Positions 41,658 to 52,072 are shown, counted from the first letter of the stretch. The stretch: 64,000 nucleotides of DNA from an uncultured Ignavibacteriales bacterium (GCA_963714795.1 CAVQPS010000009.1:385304-449303), one strand, 5' to 3'. Made by a program: numbers and translations. Notes: generated from the sequence alone by a model not told the origin.

Positions 41658-43526
41658 ATGATGATCAATTTTCGCGACAACCGTCTTATTCCCATCTGGG
41701 AAAAAATACAAAACGGTCAACGCCTTTCTCTCGAAGACGGACTGGCATTGTACAACACATCCGACGTCATTGCACTCGGCAAGATGGCGAACTTCGTCCA
41801 GCAGCAAAAAAGCGGCGACGCAGTCTATTTCGTTCTCAATCAAAAAATCGAGCATACGAACATTTGTGTGCTCTCGTGCAAGTTCTGCGACTTTGCCGTC
41901 AAGAAAGGCGATGCAAACGCGTACGAAATGACGACGGAAGAAATTCTGTCAAAACTTTCTCCCGAAATTGCCGAAGTTCACATCACCGGCGGCATGCCTG
42001 CCGACTGGCCGTGGGAACGGTACCTCGATATCGTCCGCTCGATTCATGAGAAATTCCCGAATGCCGATGTAAAAGCATACACGGCGGTTGAGATCGATTT
42101 CTTCCATAAAAAATTCAAGATATCGATTGAAGAAGTGCTGAAACAACTGAAAGCGGTCGGCTTGCGAACAATGCCGGGCGGCGGCGCGGAAGTTTTCTCC
42201 GAGCGCGTCCGAAAACTTCTTTTCAATCAAAAAATTGGGGCGAAGACGTGGCTTGAAGTCCACAAAACCGCGCACAAACTCGGCATCCCGACGAACGCAA
42301 CGATGCTCTACGGTCACGTCGAGACACTCGAAGAGCGTTTGATTCACATGATAAAATTGCGCGAGGCACAGGATGAAACGCGCGGATTCCTGACATTCAT
42401 TCCGCTGGCATTTCAGCCCGGCGATACGGGCATCAAACCGACAAATCAATTTACTTCCGCCATCGATGATCTGAAAACGATTGCCGTCAGCCGCCTGATA
42501 CTCGATAATTTCCCGCACATCAAAGCATACTGGGTGATGTTGACGGAAGAAGTTGCTTCTGTTGCTCTCAATTTCGGAGCGGACGATATGGACGGCACGG
42601 TCGGGCAGGAGCGCATCGCACACGATGCCGGCGCAACCAGTCCGATGAAACTTGCCAAAGATCAGATCGTCAAGATTATCAGGGACGCCGGAAAAATTCC
42701 GGTCGAGCGGGACGTCTATTATAATGCGCTTCATGTTCACTCGGAAAACGTCATCGGAAAAATTCCATATCTCAACTCGGTTCCGTTTTATCATCAATTT
42801 GAAAAGCGGCAATTCCGGATTCTGCCCGTCGTTCCGCGGCGAATGGGATTGCTTGTGGAAAAAGGAGAAATCGTCGCCGGACCGTTTTCGCTGATGGATT
42901 ATTTCCAATCTGAAGATCGTCTGGAATTGCTCAACTGGTGCATCGCCACGCGCGATCAGGTGAAGAGTGTGATGCTGTTTTCGAATCACGGATGGGGAGA
43001 CCTCGACGGAAAGCGGATCGGCATCACCGACGATACCGCAACCTCGGTTCGGCTTTTGCAAGTGTTGCTGGAAAAGAAATACGGCGTGAAAGCAAATTTC
43101 GAGCGGCTCCATGCCGGTGTGAACGATTTTTCCGGTTACGACGCCGTGCTGTTGATCGGCGACGAAGCGCTTCACCGCAATAAATACGGACTGGAAGGAT
43201 TCGAGCTGGTATTCGATCTTGCCAAAGAGTGGTACGATTGGAAAAAGATGCCGTTTGTTTTTGCCGTGTGGGCGGTCCAGCGTTCACTTCCGCAGGAAAC
43301 GAAAGAAGAATTGAACAGTCTTATCGAGCAATCGGTGAAATCGTCGGAAGGAAAGTTCGGCATCATCGGCGAACTGCATGGCAAGCGGATCGGTTTGAAC
43401 AAGAACGATGTGGATGAATATCTTGAAGGATTTAATTTCCGATTGGGTGAAAGAGAAAAAGAGGCGATGAAAGAGTTTAGAAGGTTGGTGGGAGAAATTG
43501 AAAAACAGTTACAGTTTAGAAAATAA
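41658..43526 (+). CDS. mqnE-mqnA: Fusion of aminofutalosine synthase MqnE (radical SAM) and chorismate dehydratase MqnA
   Basis: N-terminal about 360 aa: TNICVLSCKFCDF, KAYTAVE, PGGGAE, HIKAYW, PVERD. C-terminal about 260 aa: IGKIPYLNSVPF, VKSVML, TATSVRLL, LLIGDEAL, PFVFAVW. Confidence 0.88.
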   Translation: MMINFRDNRLIPIWEKIQNGQRLSLEDGLALYNTSDVIALGKMANFVQQQKSGDAVYFVLNQKIEHTNICVLSCKFCDFAVKKGDANAYEMTTEEILSKLSPEIAEVHITGGMPADWPWERYLDIVRSIHEKFPNADVKAYTAVEIDFFHKKFKISIEEVLKQLKAVGLRTMPGGGAEVFSERVRKLLFNQKIGAKTWLEVHKTAHKLGIPTNATMLYGHVETLEERLIHMIKLREAQDETRGFLTFIPLAFQPGDTGIKPTNQFTSAIDDLKTIAVSRLILDNFPHIKAYWVMLTEEVASVALNFGADDMDGTVGQERIAHDAGATSPMKLAKDQIVKIIRDAGKIPVERDVYYNALHVHSENVIGKIPYLNSVPFYHQFEKRQFRILPVVPRRMGLLVEKGEIVAGPFSLMDYFQSEDRLELLNWCIATRDQVKSVMLFSNHGWGDLDGKRIGITDDTATSVRLLQVLLEKKYGVKANFERLHAGVNDFSGYDAVLLIGDEALHRNKYGLEGFELVFDLAKEWYDWKKMPFVFAVWAVQRSLPQETKEELNSLIEQSVKSSEGKFGIIGELHGKRIGLNKNDVDEYLEGFNFRLGEREKEAMKEFRRLVGEIEKQLQFRK

Positions 43527-43558
43527 GTATTTACAATCTTTTTATTGACGCAAAAATT

Positions 43559-44653
43559 ATGAATTTTTCCGTAATCCATAACAAAATTCAATCCGGCAAC
43601 GGTTAATTCCCGAAGAAGGACTTTTTCTTCTGAAGAATTCCGAACTTCTCGATCTCGGCGATCTGGCGAACACGATCCGCTACCGGAAAAATCCGAAACA
43701 GCAGATCACATTCGTCATCGATACGAATCCGAACTACTCCAACATCTGCAACATCGATTGCATCTTCTGCGCGTTCTACCGTCATGCCGGTGAAAAAGGT
43801 GAATACACGTACAGCGTCGATCATATGATCCAGAAATTCAAGGAAGCCGCGGCGAACGGCGTTACAACGGTACTTCTTGCAGGGCGGTGTAAATCCTAAT
43901 TTGCCGTTTGAATATTATGTCGAAATGGTCGAGCGCACGGTAAAAGAAGTTCCGCAGGTCGCGCCGCATTTTTATTCCACGTCCGAGATCATCGGGATGG
44001 CAAACGTTTCGGGACTGACGATTCCTCAGGTACTGCAACGATTATGGGATGCGGGACAACGCTCGCTTCCCGGCGGCGGCGCGGAGGTTCTCTCCGATCG
44101 TGTGAAGAAGAAAATTTCTCATCTCAAAGGAACATCGGCCGACTGGCTCAACGTGATGCGCGAGGCACACAAGATCGGATACAAATCGACGGCAACGATG
44201 ATGTACGGTCATCTCGAAACCGACGAGGACATCGTCGAGCATCTCGAATCGATCCGCAAACTTCAGGATGAATTGCACGGCTTCACGGCATTCGTGCCGT
44301 GGAGTTTCAAGCCGGGCAACACGCCGCTCGAAAAAATCATTCCCCATTACGCCACACCGATGCGCTATCTCCAGATGATCGCATTTTCCAGAATTTATCT
44401 CGACAATTTCGATCACGTTCAGGCATCGTGGTTCTCCGAAGGAAAAAAGACGGGACAAATCGCACTCCATTTCGGTGCGGACGATTTCGGCGGAACGTTG
44501 TTCGAGGAAAATGTTCATGCCGCGGCGAACTTCGTCAACAAAACCAACACGGAAGAAGTTTTAAATCTTATCCGCGAATCGGGATTCACTCCCGCACAAC
44601 GCACAACGTTATACGATATTATTAAAACCTACGAGAAAACCGAGGCAGCATAA
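43559..44653 (+). CDS. mqnC: Cyclic dehypoxanthinyl futalosine synthase MqnC (radical SAM), with two compensating indels at about 43596 and 43877
   Basis: ATG 43559 is in frame with the 43877 ORF. The intervening shifted frame reads QRLIPEEG...TFVIDTNPNYSNICNIDCIFCAFYR...VTTVLL, then QGG.NP, PGGGAE, ATMMYGH, QASW, FGADDFGG...EENV. Confidence 0.88.
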
Positions 44654-44678
44654 CGCAAACATTATCCCAACGATCATC

Positions 44679-45509
44679 GTGCGAACTTTGAACAAAACGT
44701 TGCTTTTTCTCCTGTGGATCATTTTAATTTCTTCGATGATGTGGGGACAACCGAAACAATCCTCAATCCATCTTGCCAAACTCTGGACGGTTCACATCGA
44801 TAATGTATCTCAGTCAAATTCCCATGAATTCGAGAGATTGGACAGCGCGCAGGCATTCATTCATGATGAAATTTTGAAAACATATCACCTGCCGGTCATT
44901 CCGACATATTGTATCCAGACGACGGATGGAAGATATTTCACATTCCGTGCAAGAAATTCATTCGGCGATCTCGACCAGCCGCAGAAATATCCGGACGAGG
45001 TGAAAAAACTTTTCGCTGAAAATGTCAACCCGTACAGCGATACCATCCACACGCTGTTGCGGGATCATCACAACGAAGTATGGATGTGGGATTCTTCGTC
45101 GAGTTATGTTCCTGAAACATTTCAGCCGAATGTTGCATCGATGCGGTGTATTCATATTCATTCGGAATGGGTAAAGCCGCCGATGGATGCAGTGTATGAT
45201 TCCGTGACAACGCTTTTTCACGGCGCGTTATTGAAAGAAAAATTTCCGATGTCGTGTATCGTTCTGTACAGCGTGTACGGTACCGGAGCGAATCATTTCG
45301 TCTGGCATGCAAGAACGCGGGAAGAATTGACACACGCTCAATCGTCCGAGCAAATTCTGATCGACGCGTACGGCGAACAGGAAGGAACATCGTTGTGGAA
45401 AAAGTGGGGTACGTGTCTTTATAAAATTGAAGATGTTGACGCCGTTATCAACACTTCCATAACGAACCTTGAACCGGACCTGCCATGGTTCGGCATTGCG
45501 ATACAATAA
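44679..45509 (+). CDS. Hypothetical exported protein with two weakly related halves
   Basis: Signal peptide; VHIDNV.Q...EFE versus IHSEWVKP....YD; no recognisable catalytic motif. Confidence 0.6.
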   Translation: MRTLNKTLLFLLWIILISSMMWGQPKQSSIHLAKLWTVHIDNVSQSNSHEFERLDSAQAFIHDEILKTYHLPVIPTYCIQTTDGRYFTFRARNSFGDLDQPQKYPDEVKKLFAENVNPYSDTIHTLLRDHHNEVWMWDSSSSYVPETFQPNVASMRCIHIHSEWVKPPMDAVYDSVTTLFHGALLKEKFPMSCIVLYSVYGTGANHFVWHARTREELTHAQSSEQILIDAYGEQEGTSLWKKWGTCLYKIEDVDAVINTSITNLEPDLPWFGIAIQ

Positions 45510-45560
45510 TAACTTTTATACCGGCAATAATCCGTTCATCTCTCCTTGCTGCATCACGTA

Positions 45561-47162
45561 TTATTGAGCAGGCATCGAATGGGATGAATCTTTCCTTGTA
45601 AAGATATAAATTACTTGATTAGCGGAAGGTTGACGTGCGCGTGCTTGCTCATTCCAAAAAAAATTGGTTTCCTTCGCCCCTTCAGCGATCTCTGCTACCC
45701 CCGTCAAATAATAATTGGCGTTTGTGTAGTTTTCAAACCAATTGAAAATTACCATCGGGGATTCCGGACGTCGGAACCATGAGAGCTGCATTCTAAAGAG
45801 AACCAATATCTTTGGATTCGCCGTTTCAATTTCATGAATCATTTCTGTTTGCATCTTCTCGTTCAACGGCTGAGGCTCCATGAGGCTGTACATGTACAGG
45901 TAACCCGTTGCCGATATCCGGTTGGCATAAAAATAAACCTGTGGCTCGGAGCCAAGCACGGCAATTTTATCATCCGGTTCGGTATGTTGACGCACATAAT
46001 CACCGATTATAACAGATTCGGAAAAAGGGTTACCGCGATAGAGCATTTGGGAAACCTCCTGCGGGCTGTACTCCAAATAATATAAACGTGATTTCACTAT
46101 TCCAATACATAATGCAATGAGAACGACGAGAGTTATCAACCATGAAAGTGACCGTGCTTTCCATCGAACGACGATAAGATGTTGTACAACCTCCGCCCCT
46201 ATTCCGGCAAATAGCGCTACTGCAGGGGCAAAAAGCACAAAATAATGTTTACGAAAATAAAATCCGGGGCAAACAGCGACAAAAGAGCATACGGCGAAGA
46301 CGACGAGAAATATTTTCTTGTGTACATTAACTTCCAAAGACCAAAATGATAATCCTCCGACCAATGCAAATATCCATATTCCCGCATATTCATTGAACGA
46401 AGATATAAGAAATGATTTTAAAAATACCACACCCTCAGACCATGGTACCATGGCAGCATATTCACTACCGTATTGAACTGTCCAAAACCAAAATCGATCA
46501 AACACTCCCGAGTCAAACAACCAAAAGAGCAAGCAGAGTATCGGCAGAAGAATACCAAATACCACCATGCCAACATTTTTAAGTGTAACCATCCATGATG
46601 TTCTCGCGACGAACAGCCAATAATACGTCGTCATGAAAACAACAAACATCGCAAAAAATACCCCCGGCTGTTTCATCAAAATACTCATTCCCAACAGTAC
46701 GCCGCTGGACAGCAGCAGTACCATTTTTTTCTCGCGACGAATTGCATGATACATCAGCAACATTCCAGCCAAAGCAAAGAACACCACAAAGTGTGTCGCA
46801 TGAGCTGCCGAACCCAACAACGGGGGACTGAGCGTGAGAAGAGCAAACGAACTCGCCGCAACAAATGCAACGAACGGATTGAATAACTGTTTCACACCGA
46901 TAAAAAGGATTAGAATGCTGCTCACATTGACAAGAAGTAACCCAATATGAACTCCAGTCACCGTCTGACCAAACAGCAACATTATCAACGCATACATCAT
47001 CGATGTACCGGGTAATTTCATGTTGTATGCGTGGGCAAAGGGAGAATATCCCTTGAGCAACAATTGTCCCATGTAGGCATATTCACCCTCATCGCGTTCC
47101 AGTGGCATACTCAACAAACGAATGCGCACAAAGACAACGAAGAGGATGATAAGTCCGGTCAA
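45561..47162 (-). CDS. GT-C (ArnT/PMT-like) membrane glycosyltransferase, start uncertain
   Basis: LERDEGEYAY, KLPG, about 12 TM segments, MKQPG, HYF. The frame stays open to about 47273 without an ATG. Confidence 0.8.
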   Translation of the reverse strand: MTGLIILFVVFVRIRLLSMPLERDEGEYAYMGQLLLKGYSPFAHAYNMKLPGTSMMYALIMLLFGQTVTGVHIGLLLVNVSSILILFIGVKQLFNPFVAFVAASSFALLTLSPPLLGSAAHATHFVVFFALAGMLLMYHAIRREKKMVLLLSSGVLLGMSILMKQPGVFFAMFVVFMTTYYWLFVARTSWMVTLKNVGMVVFGILLPILCLLFWLFDSGVFDRFWFWTVQYGSEYAAMVPWSEGVVFLKSFLISSFNEYAGIWIFALVGGLSFWSLEVNVHKKIFLVVFAVCSFVAVCPGFYFRKHYFVLFAPAVALFAGIGAEVVQHLIVVRWKARSLSWLITLVVLIALCIGIVKSRLYYLEYSPQEVSQMLYRGNPFSESVIIGDYVRQHTEPDDKIAVLGSEPQVYFYANRISATGYLYMYSLMEPQPLNEKMQTEMIHEIETANPKILVLFRMQLSWFRRPESPMVIFNWFENYTNANYYLTGVAEIAEGAKETNFFWNEQARARQPSANQVIYIFTRKDSSHSMPAQ

Positions 47163-47299
47163 TAACCAATAGACGTGAACAGCTTCTACTTTCTCTTTAG
47201 GGGTATGTAGTTGTTCGTGTAGTAAAATTTTTGATTTCTCCGAATTGACTTCTTCGATTATTCCTTTGGGTAATTACACATGGCATCTTCCGAAAGCAT

Positions 47300-48136
47300 T
47301 CAATAAAGTGTCAGCACGGGTGCAGTCGGTATTATTTTCTTTTGTTTGGCATAATTGAACAGCACTTCGAGCGCCTTCTTCCCGTTTTCTCCCATATCGA
47401 TCGTCAGCTCGCTGACATACATTTTCACAAACTTCTCGCCAAGCTTATGGTCGATTCCGCGTCCCCACTGCATTGCGTACGGAATCGATTCGTTCTGATG
47501 TTTGTAGCCGTAATCGATGCTTTCCTTCAATCCGCGGGAAAGTTTCCGCGCAAGTTCTTCGCCTAAATCTTTCCGCACAACATCGAGACCGAGCGGCAAC
47601 GGGAGTCCCTTTGTTTTTTCTTCCCACAATTCTCCGAAGTCGAGAATCTTGTTGTAGCCGAGAGATTGATACGTGATCTGCCCTTCATGAATCAATAATC
47701 CTGCATCGACAGTTCCTTTATCGACCGCTTCCATGATTTTATCGAACGGCATATCGACATTCTTAATGCTATCGGTAAAAATCTTAAAGAGAAGCGTTGC
47801 GGTTGTTAAAGGACCTGGTGTACCGACGGTTTTTCCTTTCAACTCATCTATCGTCCAGTATTTTTTTGAGATGATAACGGGACCGTATCCTTCGCCCATA
47901 CTCGCGCCGGTTCTCATGATCCAATATTTATCCGCAACGGAGGGAAATGCGTGCGCGGAAATCGCCGTCACTTCCAGTTCCGCTTTCTGTGCACGGACAT
48001 TGAGCGACTGAATATCTTCCAGAAGATGTTTGATGACGATGCCGTCGAGTTTCACCTTGCCGCTGGCAAGTCCGTAAAACATGAATGCGTCGTCGGGATC
48101 GGGACTGTGACCTACTGTAATAATTCGTTCTGTCAT
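47300..48136 (-). CDS. mqnD: 1,4-dihydroxy-6-naphthoate synthase MqnD
   Basis: [47 protein letters not shown]. Confidence 0.9.
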   Translation of the reverse strand: MTERIITVGHSPDPDDAFMFYGLASGKVKLDGIVIKHLLEDIQSLNVRAQKAELEVTAISAHAFPSVADKYWIMRTGASMGEGYGPVIISKKYWTIDELKGKTVGTPGPLTTATLLFKIFTDSIKNVDMPFDKIMEAVDKGTVDAGLLIHEGQITYQSLGYNKILDFGELWEEKTKGLPLPLGLDVVRKDLGEELARKLSRGLKESIDYGYKHQNESIPYAMQWGRGIDHKLGEKFVKMYVSELTIDMGENGKKALEVLFNYAKQKKIIPTAPVLTLY

Positions 48137-48261
48137 ATTGTAATGAAATAAATTTTTGTTTAAGATACGGAATTCTTCTGCAACAAGAAAATTTTTTCGC
48201 AGCAAATGAATCCGAAAAACGGTATATTTCAGTGAAATTATTTTTCATAAAGGAAAAAAGA

Positions 48262-49008
48262 ATGCCGAAACTTGTATTAGTACGTCATGGCGAAAGCACG
48301 TGGAATAAAGAAAACCGGTTCACCGGATGGACCGATGTCGATCTGTCGGAAAAAGGAATCCAGGAAGCACGACAGGCGGGGAAATTATTGAAGGAACAAG
48401 GATTTGTTTTTGATATCGCATTCACGTCGGTGTTGAAACGTGCAATCAGAACGCTCTGGCTCGCTCTGGATGAAATGGATGCGATGTGGATCCCGGTGCA
48501 ACATTCGTGGCGGTTGAACGAACGTCATTACGGTGCACTGCAGGGATTGAACAAATCGGAAACGGCGGCAAAATTCGGAGAAGAGCAGGTGCATATCTGG
48601 CGAAGGAGTTACGCGATTCCGCCGCCCGCGCTCGAAAAGAGCGATCCGAGGAACCCCGCCAACGATCCGCGATATAAAAATCTGACACCGAAGGAAATTC
48701 CTTTGACTGAATGTTTGAAAGATACGGTCGACCGGTTTCTTCCCCTCTGGCACGACACGATCGCCCCAACCATCAAATCGGGAAAACGGGTCATCATCGC
48801 CGCGCACGGCAACAGTTTGCGCGCGCTGGTAAAATATCTCGATAACCTTTCCGACGATGCGATTGTGGAACTCAATATTCCGACCGGTATGCCGCTGGTC
48901 TATGAGTTGGACGAAAAGCTGAAGCCGATCCGCAGTACGTACCTCGGCGATCCTGAAGCGGTGAAAAAAGCGATGCAGTCGGTTGCGAATCAAGGAAAGG
49001 CAAAGTAG
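48262..49008 (+). CDS. gpmA: 2,3-bisphosphoglycerate-dependent phosphoglycerate mutase
   Basis: [35 protein letters not shown]. Confidence 0.98.
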   Translation: MPKLVLVRHGESTWNKENRFTGWTDVDLSEKGIQEARQAGKLLKEQGFVFDIAFTSVLKRAIRTLWLALDEMDAMWIPVQHSWRLNERHYGALQGLNKSETAAKFGEEQVHIWRRSYAIPPPALEKSDPRNPANDPRYKNLTPKEIPLTECLKDTVDRFLPLWHDTIAPTIKSGKRVIIAAHGNSLRALVKYLDNLSDDAIVELNIPTGMPLVYELDEKLKPIRSTYLGDPEAVKKAMQSVANQGKAK

Positions 49009-49011
49009 GTT

Positions 49012-49662
49012 TTACGACAGCGCAGTAAAAAACCGCGCAAGTTTTTCTTCGTCAAGTTTGTTATTTGTCCGCACTCCGCTGCAGACATCAACAGCAAACG
49101 GATGTACCGCATGAATTGCTTCGCGAACATTCTCGGGACGCAATCCTCCGGCGAGAAAAACCGGAACAGCAACGGCATCCCGGATTTTTTTACTGATGCT
49201 CCAATCGTGTACTCTGCCTGTACCGCCGAGTTCTTTTACCGTGAGGGAAGGATTCCCCGAATCCAATAATATCGCATCGACGTGTGGAACAACCGAGGAT
49301 GCGTATTCAACTGCTTGATTATCGAGAACATGAACAACCTGAACGATCCGGATTCCCGGAAGTTCGTCTTTTAAGACCGCATACTCTTCAACCGGAAATT
49401 GATCGACAAGCTGAATCGTGGTTACGTTTGTGCGGCGCTGCTGATCGATGACTTCTTTTGCCGTTTGTTTGCACGTCAGTAAAAACGTATCAACACCCGG
49501 GGGTACGGCTCGCACAATCCCGGCAATGAGTTCTTCGGGAATCGGTCCCGGTCCGCTCGGCATGGCCGATACCAATCCGATTGCCGATGCACCGTAGCGG
49601 ATCGCAAGCCGGGCTTCTTCAATGCTTCCGATACAACAAATTTTTACGCGTGTCCGAGACAT
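49012..49662 (-). CDS. trpF: Phosphoribosylanthranilate isomerase
   Basis: VKICCI, LLDS, GGTGRVHDW, LAGGLRPENV, VDVCSGV. Confidence 0.88.
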   Translation of the reverse strand: MSRTRVKICCIGSIEEARLAIRYGASAIGLVSAMPSGPGPIPEELIAGIVRAVPPGVDTFLLTCKQTAKEVIDQQRRTNVTTIQLVDQFPVEEYAVLKDELPGIRIVQVVHVLDNQAVEYASSVVPHVDAILLDSGNPSLTVKELGGTGRVHDWSISKKIRDAVAVPVFLAGGLRPENVREAIHAVHPFAVDVCSGVRTNNKLDEEKLARFFTALS

Positions 49663-49674
49663 CGGTTCCGCACC

Positions 49675-50253
49675 TTATTGCAATTCTTTGTATCGAAAAC
49701 AAACAACAAGATGGTCGTTCACCAAACCGCATGCCTGCATGAATGCATAACAAATCGTCGAGCCGACAAATTTAAACCCACGCTGCTTTAAATCTTTACT
49801 CATTGCATCGGATACTTTCGTTGATGGCGGAACATCTTTCATCGAACGGCGCTTGTTGACGACAGGACTTCCGCCGACGAATTGCCAGATGTACCGGTCG
49901 AACGATCCGAATTCTTTCTGTACTTCTAAAAATGCTTTTGCATTTTGAATTGTCGATTCGACTTTGAGCCGGTTGCGAACAATCCCTTCGTCGGCAAGAA
50001 GTTGTTTGATCTTTTTCGAATCATAGCGGACAATCTTCTTCGGATCAAAACGATCGAACGCTGCCCGGTAATTCTTCCGTTTTCGCAGAATCGTTATCCA
50101 GCTCAATCCCGCCTGCGCACCTTCGAGACAGAGCATTTCGAATAATTTGTGATCATCGTGAACGGGAACGCCCCATTCACGGTCGTGATAACGACGGTAA
50201 AGCGGGTCGTGTTCTCCCCACGGACATCGATGTATTATCTGTTTGGTTATCAT
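49675..50253 (-). CDS. tag: DNA-3-methyladenine glycosylase I
   Basis: RCPW, YHDREWG, LEGAQAGLSW, IVRNRLK, GFKFVG, NDH...C. Confidence 0.96.
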   Translation of the reverse strand: MITKQIIHRCPWGEHDPLYRRYHDREWGVPVHDDHKLFEMLCLEGAQAGLSWITILRKRKNYRAAFDRFDPKKIVRYDSKKIKQLLADEGIVRNRLKVESTIQNAKAFLEVQKEFGSFDRYIWQFVGGSPVVNKRRSMKDVPPSTKVSDAMSKDLKQRGFKFVGSTICYAFMQACGLVNDHLVVCFRYKELQ

Positions 50254-50405
50254 AATTTTATTGGAAAATGTTCAAAAATAAAGATACAAAAAATATCATT
50301 CATGAACACGCTGTGATTGCTTTTGAAATCGCAGAATCGTTTATTAGAATATATCTCTTGCAATAGCAAGCGAACACAAGACAACCATAAACCGGACAAT
50401 ACTGT

Positions 50406-51218
50406 ATGCGATCTTTATCGATAATATTGTTTTTCCTGATAAACACAATCACAACCGGATTTTCCCAGAGCACGATTCTATCCTTTTATCACACAGCGGA
50501 TTCGATCAGTTCCTTTCCGCTTCCCATCAATCAATACGAAATCAAAACACAAACAAAATTGATGGACCGGTATGTGACATTTATCGGAAAGAAAAAAGAA
50601 AAGACAATATGCATTGCGGCGGTGACATTAACGCCGATAAAAAATCTCCAGAAAGAAATAGTTCTTACCGTCGAGAACCGTGGACCGAAATTGTACATCG
50701 GCGAAGTAACGACATGGGGATATATATTCGATCGTAACGGGGACGGTAAAATCGATTATCTTGCTCTTGTCGGCGGCGCGGCAGCGGTAGAAGATTCAAC
50801 CATTACGGATGATTTTCCCGGATTCGGTTCACCGATGAATAAGAAACAATTCGAACAATATATCGAACGCTGTCAAATTCTTTTTAATCACTGGGCAGAC
50901 GATAACTTCGATGGAACCATCGATGCCGTCGTCCATTATGATATGGACCCGATCCGAAACTGGATGAAACGGCATCTCGTCATTCGTTCAACGGCATTCG
51001 ACGGAAACTTTGAGGATGTCTGGGCTTTCCGGGGAAAAATTACTTCGACGCGTGAAACAACTCCGTTCACCGAAACCCAGGTACCGTTTTACGAACTCGG
51101 CAGTAATCAGAGCACGTTCACAAATAAAATGATGGACCAAACAAGCGGTATTCTTCAACTCATCAACCGGGCAGCCGCACACCTCAAGCTCGGAGCGGAC
51201 CGGTTCCGATTACGCTAA
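50406..51218 (+). CDS. Hypothetical exported protein with Dx[DN]xDG motifs
   Basis: Signal peptide; DRNGDGKIDY and DDNFDGTIDA. Confidence 0.6.
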   Translation: MRSLSIILFFLINTITTGFSQSTILSFYHTADSISSFPLPINQYEIKTQTKLMDRYVTFIGKKKEKTICIAAVTLTPIKNLQKEIVLTVENRGPKLYIGEVTTWGYIFDRNGDGKIDYLALVGGAAAVEDSTITDDFPGFGSPMNKKQFEQYIERCQILFNHWADDNFDGTIDAVVHYDMDPIRNWMKRHLVIRSTAFDGNFEDVWAFRGKITSTRETTPFTETQVPFYELGSNQSTFTNKMMDQTSGILQLINRAAAHLKLGADRFRLR

Positions 51219-51703
51219 CGATGTGTTATTGTTTGTATCGTTTCCGGAGTAAACAGCCACTTCATCACTCCGCTTCCCGGTGATACCGGCCGGGAAACTT
51301 CAAGACAGGCAAGGCTTGCTTTCGCGATTTCAATTCTCGCATTTCTCGAACCGCTTATCAGCATTGAAACCATAGTGCTCAGATGGGGTTCATGCCCCAC
51401 GCACATAATATGTTCCGATTGAAATGATTGAAGCGTATTGAAAATATTACGGTGATCGCTGGCCGGTGTAAGATGGTCGGTGAGGATAAATTTCTGTACC
51501 GGAATGATTTCTTGAATTTTGCCTGCAGTTTGCCGGGCCCGTTCAAGGGGACTGCAGAAAAGAATGTCGACGGAAATTCCAAGTTGCTTCATTACGGTTC
51601 CGACAAGAACAGATTGGTGCTCACCAAGAGATGAGAGCGGACGGCTTGCATCATTGTCGGCAACGGGAAGAGCATCCCCGTGCCGCATCAAGAAGAGATG
51701 CAT
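51215..51703 (-). CDS. sixA: Phosphohistidine phosphatase SixA
   Basis: LMRHGDA, RPLS..G, SPLERARQTA, VGHEP. Confidence 0.9.
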   Translation of the reverse strand: MHLFLMRHGDALPVADNDASRPLSSLGEHQSVLVGTVMKQLGISVDILFCSPLERARQTAGKIQEIIPVQKFILTDHLTPASDHRNIFNTLQSFQSEHIMCVGHEPHLSTMVSMLISGSRNARIEIAKASLACLEVSRPVSPGSGVMKWLFTPETIQTITHR

Positions 51704-52051
51704 TCAGAGAATTTCTTTGAGCCGTTCAGCGGGACGCGCAAGGATTGCTTTGCTTCCTTTTTCAACGATGGGTCGCTGAATGAGATCGGGAAATTTCACC
51801 ATCAGATCGATAAGTTCATTATCGGTTAATTCACGCCGGGTCAGCTTTAATTCCCGGTAGATCGGTTCTTTCGTACGTAATAATTCCCGCGCGGTCATAT
51901 TCATCTTTGTCAATAATTCTTTAAGCTTCTTCTTCGGAATCGGGTCAAGAAAATAATTGATGGACTCGATATCGACGCCGGCACTCTGCAACGCGCGGAA
52001 AACGTCCCGGCACGTTGAACATGTCGGTTTTTGATAAATCCGTATTGTCAT
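51704..52051 (-). CDS. ArsC/Spx-like arsenate reductase family protein
   Basis: YQKPTCSTCR, LLRTKE, LIQRPIV. Confidence 0.88.
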   Translation of the reverse strand: MTIRIYQKPTCSTCRDVFRALQSAGVDIESINYFLDPIPKKKLKELLTKMNMTARELLRTKEPIYRELKLTRRELTDNELIDLMVKFPDLIQRPIVEKGSKAILARPAERLKEIL

Positions 52052-52072
52052 CCTTCTCTGCGACCGGGTCGG

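Noticed and set aside
41949-43175. 408-aa antisense ORF inside mqnE-mqnA
   Set aside because: Shadow ORF of a well-conserved gene with biased codon usage; no recognisable motifs.
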